DNA of 64,000 bases from Candidatus Zambryskiibacteriota bacterium (GCA_048499675.1 JASNZL010000002.1:40138-104137); one strand, 5' to 3'. Counted from the first letter of the stretch, positions 25,274 to 36,181 are shown. Numbers and translations: made by a program. The notes: generated by a model from the sequence alone, not told the origin.

Positions 25274-26485
25274 TTATACCCCAATAACATCAACCAAAGA
25301 GTAGGTAGGAGCAAGCATTGCAATAGCAAAAATACCGACAGCAATACCTATAAGTATCATCAAAAATGGTTCTATTATTGTAGACAAATTTTTTGTTTTT
25401 TCTTCAACCTCTGCTTCGTAAAAATTAGCAACATTCTCAAACATATCAGCTATTTTGCCTGTTTCCTCACCAACACTAATCATTTCACTCATAAAAATTG
25501 GATATAGACCATTAGAATTTTCAAAAAAACTAGAAATTGACTCTCCTTTTTCTACATTTTGGGAAGCCAGAGCTAGTATTTTTTTATAAAAATGATTTTG
25601 AACAACATTTTCTGTAACTTTTAAGGCGTTAACAATATCAACTCCAGACAAAATCAGAGAAGAAAGGGTTCTTGCTGTTCTTGCAGAATTAACCTCCTTG
25701 GTCATTTGAGAAATTACGGGGATTTTTAAGACCATAACATCAATAAAATCTTTACCCCTTTTTGATTTTAAGAACGAAACAACGAGACCAATCAAGACAG
25801 AAACAAAAATCAAAACAAAAATAATATTGGTTTTTAGAAAATCACTTACCGCAATAATAACTCGTGTAGGCAGAGGCAATGGCACGTTTAATCCAACAAA
25901 AGTTTCGGTAAGCATTGGCACCATATAAACCATCATCAAAAAACCAATAACAACCATCAAAGAAACAATAATCGCTGGATAAATCATGGCTCCTAATATT
26001 TTTTTGTTTAAGTTATGTGCTTTTTCTAATTGACCCGCAACATTTTTTAATGCCTCCGCTTGTGTTCCAGACTCTTCACCTGATCTAACCATTGAAACAA
26101 AAAGATCTGAAAAAACATCTTTGTGTTCTGCCAAAGCATCAGATAGTGATTCCCCTCTGTTTATACTTGCATTTATATCTTCCAAAACCGTTTTAAGAGC
26201 TTTATTTTTTGCCTGTTTTGTCATTATTGTAAGAGCCCTACTAACAGAAAGACCTGCATCTATCATAATTGCCAAATTTTTTGCAAAAGAAATCTTTTCT
26301 TGAGCTTTTATTTTACCCAAACTCAAGTTTAATGAAAAAGTTTTTTTAGCGAGCACCTCTTCAGAAGACAAAAGTACTCCTCCTTCTTTATGTAGAAAAT
26401 CATACAAAGATTTTTTATCCTCAAATTCCTTTGTCTCCTCTTTCTCTTCGTTATTTATTATGTATTTGTATTTGTATAAAGGCAC
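25274..26485 (-). CDS. pilC: type IV pilus assembly platform protein PilC/GspF family
   Basis: 403 aa with two GspF repeats and 3 TM segments. Confidence 0.8.
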   Translation of the reverse strand: MPLYKYKYIINNEEKEETKEFEDKKSLYDFLHKEGGVLLSSEEVLAKKTFSLNLSLGKIKAQEKISFAKNLAIMIDAGLSVSRALTIMTKQAKNKALKTVLEDINASINRGESLSDALAEHKDVFSDLFVSMVRSGEESGTQAEALKNVAGQLEKAHNLNKKILGAMIYPAIIVSLMVVIGFLMMVYMVPMLTETFVGLNVPLPLPTRVIIAVSDFLKTNIIFVLIFVSVLIGLVVSFLKSKRGKDFIDVMVLKIPVISQMTKEVNSARTARTLSSLILSGVDIVNALKVTENVVQNHFYKKILALASQNVEKGESISSFFENSNGLYPIFMSEMISVGEETGKIADMFENVANFYEAEVEEKTKNLSTIIEPFLMILIGIAVGIFAIAMLAPTYSLVDVIGV

Positions 26486-26756
26486 GATATTAAATTATTC
26501 TAATTACCCTAATTCCTAATTAACCTAAAATTAAAATACTTAAAATAATTATATCAAACTAATTAAATTTTTAATCCTTCGACGTTCAGAAGACAAGTTT
26601 TTAATTTTTCAGCTATTGGAACTATAAATTTTAAAAGTAAATTCCAAAATAATTTTAAATTTTCAAATTTTCTAATTCTGTTCATAAGCGATAATTAATA
26701 CATTATTTTAGAATTTAAAATTTGTAATTTGAAATTGACTTAAAGGTGCTTTTCTC

Positions 26757-26803
26757 GTAACTCGTTACTCGTACTTCGTACCTCGTCTCTCATTTGTGTC
26801 ATG
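26757..26803. repeat. second copy of the CTCGTACTTCGTAACTCGT-family repeat, directly 3-prime of pilB
   Basis: ttactcgtacttcgtacctcg...catttgtgtcatgtta matches 2045-2130. Confidence 0.6.
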
Positions 26804-28555
26804 TTATTCCGAAACAACTCTTAGTACTTCTTCAATTGTTGTCAATCCTTGCGCCGCTTTGAAAATACCATCCTCAAGCATCGTAAGCATTCCTTCTTTT
26901 CTTGCCTGCAATTCAATATCTTCTGTCGTAGAACCCTTTATAATCAAATCTTTGATTGAGGTTGAAACGTTCAAAACTTCATAAATACCAATTCTGCTTT
27001 TAAAAGCTTCTTCTCCGGCATTTTTTTCTGGTTTATAAAAAGGAATATTTTCCCAGTCATCATTTTTACCAACAATTTTTTCTTCCTTTAGCGCCGTAAG
27101 TATGGTGTCCATATCAACCGCTTTTGATAATGAGGCGACTTCTTGTTTGGTTAAATAATATTTTTCTTTTTTATCAGAAAGTTTTCTTACAAGTCTCTGC
27201 CCAATAATTGCATCTATTGTAGAAATAATAAGAAAAGGTTCTACCTTCATATCAATCAAACGAGGCACAGCCCCTGCAGCAGAGTTTGTGTGCAAAGTAG
27301 AAAGCACCAAATGACCAGTAAGCGAAGCATTAATAGCAAGAGAAGCTGTTTCGTTGTCTCTAATTTCTCCAACCATTATTATGTCTGGGTCTTGTCTAAC
27401 CAAAGTTCGAAGTCCCGAAGCAAAAGTGAGCCCTATTTCTGGTTTAACTTGAGTTTGATTAACTCTCTTCATTTGATATTCAACAGGATCTTCAATTGTA
27501 GAAATATTTACATCCGGAGTATTTAGAATATCTAACATTGTATAGAGCGTGGTTGATTTTCCGCTTCCTGTAGGACCAGTCGTCAAAACCATTCCAGTTG
27601 TATGCTGTAGAGCTTTGTGTAAAATTTCCAGTGCTTCACCATGAAAACCAAGCGACTCTAGTGTAAAGCCAGAAACAGATTCTCTGAGCAACCTCATTAC
27701 TGTTTTTTCTCCATAATAAACTGGAAGAGTTGATACACGGAAGGATACTTTTTCTCCGTTCATATCTATTTTAAATCTCCCATCTTGTGGCAATCTTTTT
27801 TCGTCTAACCGAAGACTTGAGAGCACTTTTATACGAGCCGTCAAAGAGTGGCTTATATGTTTTGGCAATACCATTGCATCGTGCAAAATTCCATCTATTC
27901 TGTATCTAATCAAAATCTGGTCCTCAAGTGGTTCAATGTGAATATCTGATGCGTTTTGAATGATTGCGTGCTTCAAAAGTGTGTCTACAATCCTAACCAC
28001 CGGTAATTCCTCTGCCAATTTTTTCAAGTCACCCAAAGAAGTTTCTTCTCCTGGCATTTTGTCGGTTATTGTCTTTATTTCATCAGATTCACTCTTGATA
28101 ATATCTCCGAATTCATCCTTTAAGTTTTTTTGGTATTGAATAAGAGCCCCCCTGATTGATTCTGAGTCGGTCAGACGAGGTAATATTTTTAAACCAACTT
28201 TCTTTTTGATGGAATTTAGTGCCTGTAAATCATCAGTATCGAGCATAGCAACCTCCAGAGTGTCTTCCCTTTTTTCAAAAGCTACAACATTATGTTTTCG
28301 TGCAATTGGTTCTGGAATTAAATTTAAAATATCCTTATTTAGATTTTGTCCTTTGAGATTAATAAAAGGAATACCGAGTATGTATGCAGTAATTCTCCTC
28401 AGATCATCTTCTGATAATTTTCCTTTTGATATCAAAGCTTCGCTTAATTTCTTTTTTCTTGATTTCGCTTCTTTGTGAATCTCCTCAATCTCAGCTTTAG
28501 AAATAAGTCCTGCGTCAATAATAAATTCTTTTATTTGTTCATCTTCTACTCGCAT
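26804..28555 (-). CDS. pilB: type IV pilus assembly ATPase PilB/GspE
   Basis: Walker A VLTTGPTGSGKSTTLY, Asp box DPDIIMVGEIRD, His box, N-terminal GSPII domains. Confidence 0.85.
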   Translation of the reverse strand: MRVEDEQIKEFIIDAGLISKAEIEEIHKEAKSRKKKLSEALISKGKLSEDDLRRITAYILGIPFINLKGQNLNKDILNLIPEPIARKHNVVAFEKREDTLEVAMLDTDDLQALNSIKKKVGLKILPRLTDSESIRGALIQYQKNLKDEFGDIIKSESDEIKTITDKMPGEETSLGDLKKLAEELPVVRIVDTLLKHAIIQNASDIHIEPLEDQILIRYRIDGILHDAMVLPKHISHSLTARIKVLSSLRLDEKRLPQDGRFKIDMNGEKVSFRVSTLPVYYGEKTVMRLLRESVSGFTLESLGFHGEALEILHKALQHTTGMVLTTGPTGSGKSTTLYTMLDILNTPDVNISTIEDPVEYQMKRVNQTQVKPEIGLTFASGLRTLVRQDPDIIMVGEIRDNETASLAINASLTGHLVLSTLHTNSAAGAVPRLIDMKVEPFLIISTIDAIIGQRLVRKLSDKKEKYYLTKQEVASLSKAVDMDTILTALKEEKIVGKNDDWENIPFYKPEKNAGEEAFKSRIGIYEVLNVSTSIKDLIIKGSTTEDIELQARKEGMLTMLEDGIFKAAQGLTTIEEVLRVVSE

Positions 28556-28705
28556 ACGATTTGAATTTTCAATTTTGAATTTTCAATTTTTATTAAATTT
28601 AAAATTTCCAATGTTTCAATTATAACAAAATAAAACAAACAAAAGAAAAAACTTTGTTTATAAATATTAAAAAAACAGATGCTCCACTCTAAAGTAAAAC
28701 ATCTG

Positions 28706-28933
28706 TTAGTTTTGAGAATTTTTTTTGATTTTGATTTCTCTGTTCCTTTTTGCTTTTTCCAGGCGCTCACATAACTCTGTATTTTTTTGTCCCCTTTTGT
28801 GCGCCTCTTCAAGCAAGGTTTGGGCAAAAGCCACAAAACCTATATCACCAAATCCCATTGCGCTCGCAAGTAGAGTGCCAATTCTAATCTCTAAAGGCAC
28901 ATCCTTGTTTTGCAAGAAATCATCAAGTTGCAT
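28706..28933 (-). CDS. small hypothetical protein
   Basis: 75-aa non-overlapping ORF between pilB and the NYN gene. Confidence 0.3.
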   Translation of the reverse strand: MQLDDFLQNKDVPLEIRIGTLLASAMGFGDIGFVAFAQTLLEEAHKRGQKNTELCERLEKAKRNREIKIKKNSQN

Positions 28934-28959
28934 ATGAACCCCTTTCTATATTTATTATA

Positions 28960-29496
28960 TCAAATTTTTATATTAGATTGTGGCAATCTCGCCCCTATCA
29001 AATATTTTTTTGGGTTTGTATCCAAATCCACAAATTCATCAGCAATTTCAATGAGTTTTGCCGATGATGACTTACCAAAAGACATTACTTCCACCTGACA
29101 ACCTTCATTTACTTTCAAATATTCTACAAGTGGCACAAAGTCCCCATCCCCTGTTACAAGTATTACTGCATCAAGTTTTGGTGCAAGTTTGATGGCATCA
29201 ACCGCAAGTCCAACATCCCAGTCGCCCTTTTTAGCACCACCCGCAAATATCTGCAGGTTTTTTGTTTTTGTTTCAATTCCAAGTTTACCAAGCGCCTCAA
29301 AAAATCCCCTCTCTTCACCTGATTCAGTTGTTATAACATAAGCCATTGCCCTAATAAGGGACCTTCCTGCAAGACCATCTTTTACTACTTGGCCAAAATT
29401 TACCTTTGCTTTATATAAATTTTTTGCGCTGTGATATAAATTTTGTGTATCTATAAAAATACCAACTCTCTGATTTTTGTGTTTAATTACGCTCAT
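28960..29496 (-). CDS. NYN/LabA-like domain protein (PIN-like nuclease fold)
   Basis: VGIFIDTQNLY...DWDVGLAVDAI...DAVILVTGDGDFVPLVEYLK. Confidence 0.7.
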   Translation of the reverse strand: MSVIKHKNQRVGIFIDTQNLYHSAKNLYKAKVNFGQVVKDGLAGRSLIRAMAYVITTESGEERGFFEALGKLGIETKTKNLQIFAGGAKKGDWDVGLAVDAIKLAPKLDAVILVTGDGDFVPLVEYLKVNEGCQVEVMSFGKSSSAKLIEIADEFVDLDTNPKKYLIGARLPQSNIKI

Positions 29497-29882
29497 TTAT
29501 GAAAAATTATTTGTTAATAAAATAAAAACTACCAACTCTATTCTACCACTTCTCGCCCCGCGATGAGTAAAGCGAATTTTGCGGGGTGTTTAATTACTGA
29601 CATAAGTTTAGTTAAAAATAAATATTAAAAATACCCACTAATCACACGAATTCTCACTAATCTTACTAATAAAAATTTAAGGTGAGCACGAGTTACGAAG
29701 TACGAGATACGATAAAAAATTAAATTTTAAGTTAAAAAGTTAATAATAGGATACAAATAATTATATCATAAAGATATAAGACAAATTATGGTGCCCAAAG
29801 AAAATTAGAACATTGAAAATTCAATGAAAATTGAGAATTTTAAATTAAAAATTTAAAAAGATAATAATTTAGAGAGAAATTA

Positions 29883-30152
29883 TTAGCTTTTTTTGAGGCC
29901 TAACTTTTTGACTAACGAGTTGTATCTTTTTGGATCCTTTTTCTCCAAATACTTCATATGAGCTTTTCTGTCTGCAACTAGCCCCAAAAGGCCTCTTCTT
30001 GAGTGTTTATCTTTTTTATTTTTCTTTAGGTGTGTTGAAAGATCGTCTATTCTTCTTGATAGAACGGCAATTTGCACTTCAGGACTACCTGTATCTTTGT
30101 CGTGAACAGCCACATCCTTTATAATTCTTTGTTTTTTGTTTTTTGTTAACAT
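29883..30152 (-). CDS. rpsO: 30S ribosomal protein S15
   Basis: TGSPEVQIAVLSRRIDDLSTHLKKNKKDKHSRRGLL. Confidence 0.9.
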   Translation of the reverse strand: MLTKNKKQRIIKDVAVHDKDTGSPEVQIAVLSRRIDDLSTHLKKNKKDKHSRRGLLGLVADRKAHMKYLEKKDPKRYNSLVKKLGLKKS

Positions 30153-30479
30153 ATACGAATTAACGAATTTAATAACGAATTGCTACCCGCCCGAAATACT
30201 ATCGTATATAAATGGCGGGCGGGCGAAAACTTTCACATATTAAGTATATCACAATCCCCATTTTTTAGCAAACCCCGTTAGAGATTTTATTTAGATATTT
30301 AGCGGATTAACTATATTTAGAGTCATATTTCCTGCTAATAACAAAAAACGAGAGAATTTAAATCTCTAACGGGACAATCCAAACTTTTAATAAGCGAAGA
30401 GACTATAAAAATTAGGGAAGCTGAGGTAATCCGAAGTGTATTAATTTCCCTTATTTTGAGCCATTTTCTTTCATTTTGC

Positions 30480-30508
30480 TTGACTTTTATATTGAATGGG
30501 TGTATAAT
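30480..30508 (+). promoter_or_regulatory. consensus sigma70 promoter: TTGACT, 17-bp spacer, TATAAT
   Basis: ttgact at 30480-30485 and tataat at 30503-30508 with an exact 17-bp spacer; 23 nt upstream of the first GC-rich cassette gene. Confidence 0.6.
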
Positions 30509-30530
30509 ATATGTAGATAGGTTAACCCCT

Positions 30531-31475
30531 ATGTACAAGCGGTTGGTAGCCCCAACCCTACTTGAAAATCACATACTGGCAACCCCAGAAGAAAGAAAAG
30601 TGAAAATGCCTACCACGATTATGATCGAGAATGGTCCGAAGTTGCAGATGGAAGTTGCAGAGGATTGCGTTGTATTCGCAGGTCGCTGCATCTGCCACCA
30701 GATCAACAAAAACGCCGAGGTCATGATTCAGAAAGCGAAGGCTGCCGGAAAGACCAAAATCGTTATCGTTGGTGACTGCGACGAGCACAACGGAAGAGAA
30801 GGCGAGATGTTGCAAGTGATGTCGGCAGCCGGCATAGAGTGCAAGTGGCTCTATGAAGAGACTTGCTTCTTGCGAGAGGTAATGCCCAACTTCTCACAAA
30901 CTGGCATCCGTCGGTTTGCGGAAGCCGAGGATTTCAGAAAGTTGCGAAACTTGCTCGACAAGATCGGTCGCCGAGTGTGGGACATCAAGCAGAAAATCAA
31001 GCACGAATCCACACTCCTCGCCGAGTACCCAGTGGTCGCGCAGGTTCAAGCAATTGAATCTCACGACCACAACTTCGAGTACGCAGCGGGTGAAGGGACG
31101 ATAGTGTTCAACGCACTTTTCGGCCATCGTGCGAACACTCTTGTCTCTGAAGTGAACTCGGTCGTTTTGTTCAATCTGGAAAACAAAACCGGATTGATCG
31201 TGACCAAGTCGCAGAGGTTCGATTTCTCCTTTGCTAATCCCGATGATTTCGAACTGAACATCTTTCAAGGCAAGGGTAAGAGTCAATTGGAGAGAAAAGG
31301 GTACACACGCGAAGGCTGTGGTTCCATCCGGGTGAATGTGGGTAAGGGCTCAACCGAGCTTTCCATCTACTGCAATCCTGGCGTGTGGACTGTGAAGCCC
31401 CACCCCGAACTCGACGTTACTGACCCAGACGTTCATTACGTCCCCATGTGGAAACGCGTGGAGAAGGTCAAGTAG
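30531..31475 (+). CDS. GC-rich hypothetical protein (foreign composition)
   Basis: ~52% GC against a ~33% background; start placed at the first ATG downstream of the promoter (MYKRLVAPTLL), since the track ORF start at 30456 lies upstream of the -35 box. Confidence 0.5.
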   Translation: MYKRLVAPTLLENHILATPEERKVKMPTTIMIENGPKLQMEVAEDCVVFAGRCICHQINKNAEVMIQKAKAAGKTKIVIVGDCDEHNGREGEMLQVMSAAGIECKWLYEETCFLREVMPNFSQTGIRRFAEAEDFRKLRNLLDKIGRRVWDIKQKIKHESTLLAEYPVVAQVQAIESHDHNFEYAAGEGTIVFNALFGHRANTLVSEVNSVVLFNLENKTGLIVTKSQRFDFSFANPDDFELNIFQGKGKSQLERKGYTREGCGSIRVNVGKGSTELSIYCNPGVWTVKPHPELDVTDPDVHYVPMWKRVEKVK

Positions 31476-31638
31476 CCCGCCAGTATAAAATCCGGTGACG
31501 AGCCGGTGTCCAACTTCGGTTGGGCTTCTACCAAAGTTTTTTAAAAAGAAAATTTTGGTGGGAGTAATCACACAAGCAAGAATACTTACCGTGTGAAAAA
31601 CCAAATTGGGATAGTTCTATTTGGAAAGGAGAAAAGAC

Positions 31639-32055
31639 ATGCCGACCTGGTTGGATATGTTGAGTATTGAAATGGAGAACATGGACGCGACCAAGTTAAT
31701 CGAACCGCCTCACGAGGTGGATCCCAGCCGCGACCACGTTGTTTGCAAAGCCGAAGAAGCTCTTTGCAAGTTGTACAGCTTGGCTATGCAGTTTGAGAAA
31801 GAAGCCAACGTAGCGTTGATTAACGCTCGCTACTCCGGTAATCTCAACGAAATCAAGGATGCCCTTGAAAACGGTGCTCGGCTCATGAAGAAAGTGGAGA
31901 CCCTTCGGGAGATTTTTTGGATCTCCCTGAAGGATAACCACGATCTATGGAACAAGCCTTCCGTCGGCATCCGTCGGGGTTGGAAGGTGGTCTGGAGCGA
32001 TTCGGATCCGATGCCCGATATCCGGGACATCATCAGTGGACTTTTCGGACGCTGA
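31639..32055 (+). CDS. GC-rich hypothetical protein
   Basis: SD ggaaaggag 8 nt upstream of ATG (MPTWLDML...); 139 aa. Confidence 0.5.
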   Translation: MPTWLDMLSIEMENMDATKLIEPPHEVDPSRDHVVCKAEEALCKLYSLAMQFEKEANVALINARYSGNLNEIKDALENGARLMKKVETLREIFWISLKDNHDLWNKPSVGIRRGWKVVWSDSDPMPDIRDIISGLFGR

Positions 32056-32072
32056 CAAAAGGAGGTGATTTT

Positions 32073-32180
32073 ATGGCCGGATTCGGTTCTCGTGGTGGTC
32101 TCCGCAATGTTGGAGCATCCCGCAAGGATGTTCCGGAGCGGAAGACCTCGCCACCGACTAAGACCAAGCCCAAGTCGTAA
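32073..32180 (+). CDS. small basic protein (35 aa)
   Basis: SD aaaggaggtg, 6-nt spacer, ATG; MAGFGSRGGLRNVGASRKDVPERKTSPPTKTKPKS; followed by a terminator. Confidence 0.35.
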   Translation: MAGFGSRGGLRNVGASRKDVPERKTSPPTKTKPKS

Positions 32181-32216
32181 AAAATGGGTTTGATACACCA
32201 CGAAAGGAGGTGAAAA

Positions 32217-32248
32217 ACAGACTGTTCTTCGGAACAGTCTTTTGTTTT
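32217..32248 (+). terminator. rho-independent terminator closing the GC-rich cassette
   Basis: acagactgttc-ttcg-gaacagtct then tttgtttt. Confidence 0.65.
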
Positions 32249-32266
32249 ATGTTATATTTTTAATCA

Positions 32267-32452
32267 ATGACTATACTATCTCACAAAAAAATATTTATAC
32301 TGGGAGATGGTGGTAGAGGTAAAACTACCTTTGCCAAAAAGCTATCTGAACATACAGGAATACCTTTCTACTCAACAGATGATTTTTTCTGGAAAGTTAA
32401 ATTTACTGTTCCAAACGACAGAGAAAAAAGCGTTCAAATAGATTTGGATTAG
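32267..32452 (+). pseudogene. truncated P-loop kinase (topology-modulation/adenylate-kinase-like) fragment
   Basis: 61 aa KKIFILGDGGRGKTTFAKKL...IPFYSTDDFFWK matches only the N-terminus of ~170-aa family members; downstream DNA has no intact frame. Confidence 0.45.
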
Positions 32453-32850
32453 AATTTAAGATTTTAATCCATTCCAATATTCAACAATTTCTTTTTCTGT
32501 TTCTTCCGAAATGGGTTCTTTGCAAAATATATGTCAAACGAAGCCATAGATACCCATTTGGAAGATATTACTGATGCTATAGCTCCTGTTTCCCACAATG
32601 TACCAAATAAAATAGGTGCTAATCTAAAATAAAATTTGTTACCTATCCCAGTTCTAACATTATCCTCTAGCCCGTGGTGGGATGGTAAAAATAATCATAT
32701 TGAGAATATTAGAATATTACACAAATGTATTGATGGCGTATTATTATGTTAATAAGAAAGTCTATAGTATTTTAAAAATTTTCCAGATAGTAGTTTCCAT
32801 TGCCTGCGGCGTAGCAAGATATAAATAAAATAAAAAAGAAATAAAATTTT

Positions 32851-32886
32851 AAAAAAACACGCCACTTATGGCGTGTTTTTTTATTT
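32851..32886. terminator. bidirectional terminator (cacgcca-ctta-tggcgtg flanked by A and T runs)
   Basis: aaaaaaacacgccacttatggcgtgttttttt. Confidence 0.65.
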
Positions 32887-32902
32887 TTAAATTTTGATAA
32901 AT

Positions 32903-33790
32903 TTAATCTCTTTTGCCAGCGTTTTTGTTTGATTGGACATAACTTACACATTGACCCTGGTTTTTAAACTCTGGGTTGTTGAAAGTCATCCAGCCACCCT
33001 TTTTACATTGTTCCATATCTGTCGGAGTACCAATTGGAGCCTCAATTAAATTAAACTCCACGGTTTCTCTTATATTTGATTCACCAGCGTCTTCTACTGG
33101 ATTATAAATGAAGCAGTACATTCCGAGTGGTAAACTAGACATATCTCCTGTAAATGAGAATGTTTGGTTTGATAAATCACTTTGATCTATAACGGCTACA
33201 TCCGAGCGACCGTCAACATTACCAAAAACTGTTCCTATTCCTGCGGCGCAGGTACCTTGTCTTACCGCCCATTGAATTGCATCAGCATCGTCATCATCAA
33301 GATAAGCTGTGAAATTTACTAATCCATAAACATCTTGCCCTGAAGTTGGAGAAGTTATTTCTGCAGTCCTTGCATAAGGAACTGGCAAAACTTCAAATCT
33401 TGTCCAGTCAAATCTTTCATCTGTTTCTGCACCATATACCATACGAACATCTATAAATTCAACTGCTGGAATTGTTTTTGTCACTGAAGAATTATTAACG
33501 CACACCTGAGTCCAACGTCCATCAGTTACGCTTGGATTTGGGTTTGGTCCTGGAACTGTGTTTGCCTCATTATCTACCCTGTACTCAAAACAACTCCAAA
33601 ATGTTCTTGTGCTAATAAATTGTAAATCGGTTGTTCCCACACCAACACTAAGCTGATTAACGTGAGCCCATCCATTAGTTCGATTAATATCATTGGTGCT
33701 CGGTGTCACCGCATTGATTTCGGCATTAACAACACCGACCACTCCAAGAACCAGTACTAAACTCGCTAAAACTAAAATTGTTTTTTTCAT
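32903..33790 (-). CDS. secreted hypothetical protein (signal peptide)
   Basis: MKKTILVLASLVLVLGVVGVVNA then a 270-aa mature region with several Cys. Confidence 0.5.
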   Translation of the reverse strand: MKKTILVLASLVLVLGVVGVVNAEINAVTPSTNDINRTNGWAHVNQLSVGVGTTDLQFISTRTFWSCFEYRVDNEANTVPGPNPNPSVTDGRWTQVCVNNSSVTKTIPAVEFIDVRMVYGAETDERFDWTRFEVLPVPYARTAEITSPTSGQDVYGLVNFTAYLDDDDADAIQWAVRQGTCAAGIGTVFGNVDGRSDVAVIDQSDLSNQTFSFTGDMSSLPLGMYCFIYNPVEDAGESNIRETVEFNLIEAPIGTPTDMEQCKKGGWMTFNNPEFKNQGQCVSYVQSNKNAGKRD

Positions 33791-33957
33791 ATTTTTATAT
33801 TATTTAATTTATAATTTAGGTAATCGACCTCTTGGTAATTTTATCAAAAAAAGACAGGGGTTTCTTAAAAAAAGAATAAAAAGAAGTGAATAAACAGTGG
33901 AAAAGTCCAAAATATCATTAAAAGCAGTATTCCTATAAAAAATGCTACAATATTGTA

Positions 33958-36141
33958 ATGCAGAAACTAAGTGATTTAAAAAGGCAGTTTTTGGAATATA
34001 TAGAAATTGAGAAAGGTCGTTCGCTTTTAACTATAGAAAACTACGACAGATATTTAACTCGTTTTTTGGAATTTTTGAAAAGCGAAGAACCAAAAGATAT
34101 AAATGACAATTCTGTTAGAGAATTTCGTCTTTGGCTCAATAGACAACCGGCAAGTAAAATAAAGAAAAATGCAGACACCTTGTCTCGTAGAACACAAAAC
34201 TATTATCTAATTGCTCTTCGCGCCTTTCTCAAATATCTTGCAAGACAAGGAGTTACTTCCCTATCGCCCGAAAAGATAGAGCTTGCCAAGACCCCAGAGA
34301 GATCTCTTGACCTAATCACAGACGACGAGCTTATTCGCCTCCTCAAATCCCCTTCTGGCGACAGTTTGAAAAGTTTGCGGGACAGAGCGATGTTACACCT
34401 CCTTTTTTCTACCGGTCTTCGTGTTTCTGAACTTTGTGCTCTTGACCGCGATATAGATTTAAAAAAAGACGAGCATTCTATTCGAGGAAAAGGTGGGAAA
34501 ATAAGGGTGGTTTTCTTTTCGGATGAAGCCAAGAAAGCTTTAAACGATTATTTAGAAAAAAGAAAAGACCTAAACGATGCAATGTTTATCCAACTTTCAA
34601 AAAATTTAAAACCAAATGCAAAAGGCGAAGATATGCGAATAAACAAACGCAGTGTCGCAAGAATTGTAAAACAATACGCCATCAAAGCCGGAATTTCCAA
34701 AAAAGTAACCCCGCATACACTAAGACATTGTCTCCACCCAGATACACTTATTCATTTGCCTTACACCATAACAAGCGCAAGGGAACTATATTTGTCCAAC
34801 ACAAAAAGAATAACATCGGTAGACCTTAATGTTGGGAAAACCGTAAAATCAAACATAATTCAAAAGAGAAAATATAAATCACTTGATATGATTTCTCTTT
34901 CTGCTAATGGTTATCAAATTTCTGTTACTCCAGACCACAAATTTTTTACTCTTGGAACAGATGGAATAGTGGAAATTAATGCAAGAGATATAAAGAAAAA
35001 TCAATTCATTGCTGGTGTTAAGAAAATAACAATGAATAGTTCAAAAAAATCAAGAAGTAAAAACAATTGGAGAATAATTGGTTATATTTTGGAGGATGGA
35101 ACAATAAGTGAGAAGAGGCGGGGGGTCATAATTTCTGATAAGAATCCAACTTTTATAGAATTTTATAAAGATTTAATTACTTCAGAATATAAACATAAAC
35201 CAACAATAAAAAAAATAGAAGGCGCAAATAATGTTATTTTAAATTTTTATTCAAAACAATTTGTTACTTATTTGAGAAAAATAGGAATAACAGAGAAATC
35301 ACCTCTCAGAAGAGTTCCTAAAATTTTATTCTCCCAAAGCAAAGAAGTTATAGCAGAATTTTTGGCTGGATATTACGACGCTGAAGGAAATGAGGGTAAT
35401 TCTATTAAATTTTTCTCTTCAAGTGAAATGCTTTTGCGAGATATTCAAATGTTATTATTAACTTTCGGGATTGATTCTCATTTATATAAAAGATTGAGGA
35501 GAGTAAAACTACCAAAAGGAAAAATTATAAGCCACAAAATGTTATATCTACAAATATTACACAAACCAGATCAGGAACTTTTTATTAAGATTGTTCCCAC
35601 CCTAAAAAAATTAAAAGCAAAAAGCTTTTTTGCAGGGGATAAAATTCCAGTCAGAAATATGTTAAAAGACATATATATAAATCTACCAAAAAAATGGCAC
35701 AATTTTGCTCAATATCTAAAAATAGATGGGAAAATTGATATATATAGATATGTTGGTAACACAACCAAAACAGTCCCCACAAAGAAAGTTTTGGAAAAGA
35801 TAATCAAATATTTTAGAGATGCTAAATGTAATGACCCGAGATTAGATTTTATGCAAAAACTCATTGATTCTGATATTCAGTGGCTTAGGGTTCAAAAAGT
35901 TGAAAGGTGTAAATATAATGGACCAGTATATGATTTCGCTGTAAATAAATATGAGAATTTAATAACAAACGGTTTTTTGTCGCACAACTGTTTTGCGACT
36001 GACCTTTTAAGCAATGGTGCTGATCTTCGCTCCGTTCAAGCTCTACTCGGCCACGCAAATATAGGCACAACTCAAGTTTACACCCATGTCACAGACCGCC
36101 ACCTCCGCGACATCCACAAAAAATTCCATAACAAAAAGTAA
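33958..36141 (+). CDS. XerC/XerD-family tyrosine recombinase interrupted by a 420-aa intein with LAGLIDADG homing endonuclease
   Basis: N-terminal SAM-like domain, catalytic region ...[19 protein letters not shown]...TPHTLRH, then CLHPD...[11 protein letters not shown]...[13 protein letters not shown]...GFLSHN, then [34 protein letters not shown]. The host exteins sum to ~307 aa. Confidence 0.85.
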   Translation: MQKLSDLKRQFLEYIEIEKGRSLLTIENYDRYLTRFLEFLKSEEPKDINDNSVREFRLWLNRQPASKIKKNADTLSRRTQNYYLIALRAFLKYLARQGVTSLSPEKIELAKTPERSLDLITDDELIRLLKSPSGDSLKSLRDRAMLHLLFSTGLRVSELCALDRDIDLKKDEHSIRGKGGKIRVVFFSDEAKKALNDYLEKRKDLNDAMFIQLSKNLKPNAKGEDMRINKRSVARIVKQYAIKAGISKKVTPHTLRHCLHPDTLIHLPYTITSARELYLSNTKRITSVDLNVGKTVKSNIIQKRKYKSLDMISLSANGYQISVTPDHKFFTLGTDGIVEINARDIKKNQFIAGVKKITMNSSKKSRSKNNWRIIGYILEDGTISEKRRGVIISDKNPTFIEFYKDLITSEYKHKPTIKKIEGANNVILNFYSKQFVTYLRKIGITEKSPLRRVPKILFSQSKEVIAEFLAGYYDAEGNEGNSIKFFSSSEMLLRDIQMLLLTFGIDSHLYKRLRRVKLPKGKIISHKMLYLQILHKPDQELFIKIVPTLKKLKAKSFFAGDKIPVRNMLKDIYINLPKKWHNFAQYLKIDGKIDIYRYVGNTTKTVPTKKVLEKIIKYFRDAKCNDPRLDFMQKLIDSDIQWLRVQKVERCKYNGPVYDFAVNKYENLITNGFLSHNCFATDLLSNGADLRSVQALLGHANIGTTQVYTHVTDRHLRDIHKKFHNKK
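34729..35988 (+). mobile_element. intein (Cys1 ... His-Asn, then +1 Cys) with two LAGLIDADG motifs
   Basis: 1260 nt in frame; begins TGT directly after HTLRH and ends CAC AAC directly before TGT TTT GCG ACT. Confidence 0.8.
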
Positions 36142-36181
36142 AGACAACTTTTTTTATGTGCTAAAATAATTTTATGAATCC

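Noticed and set aside
30863-32201. Multiple overlapping ORFs on both strands inside the GC-rich cassette
   Set aside because: Same GC artefact; the three chosen genes are the ones with a promoter, SD sites and a terminator in consistent orientation
34203-34532. 109-aa minus-strand ORF inside xerC
   Set aside because: Antisense to a strongly supported recombinase CDS
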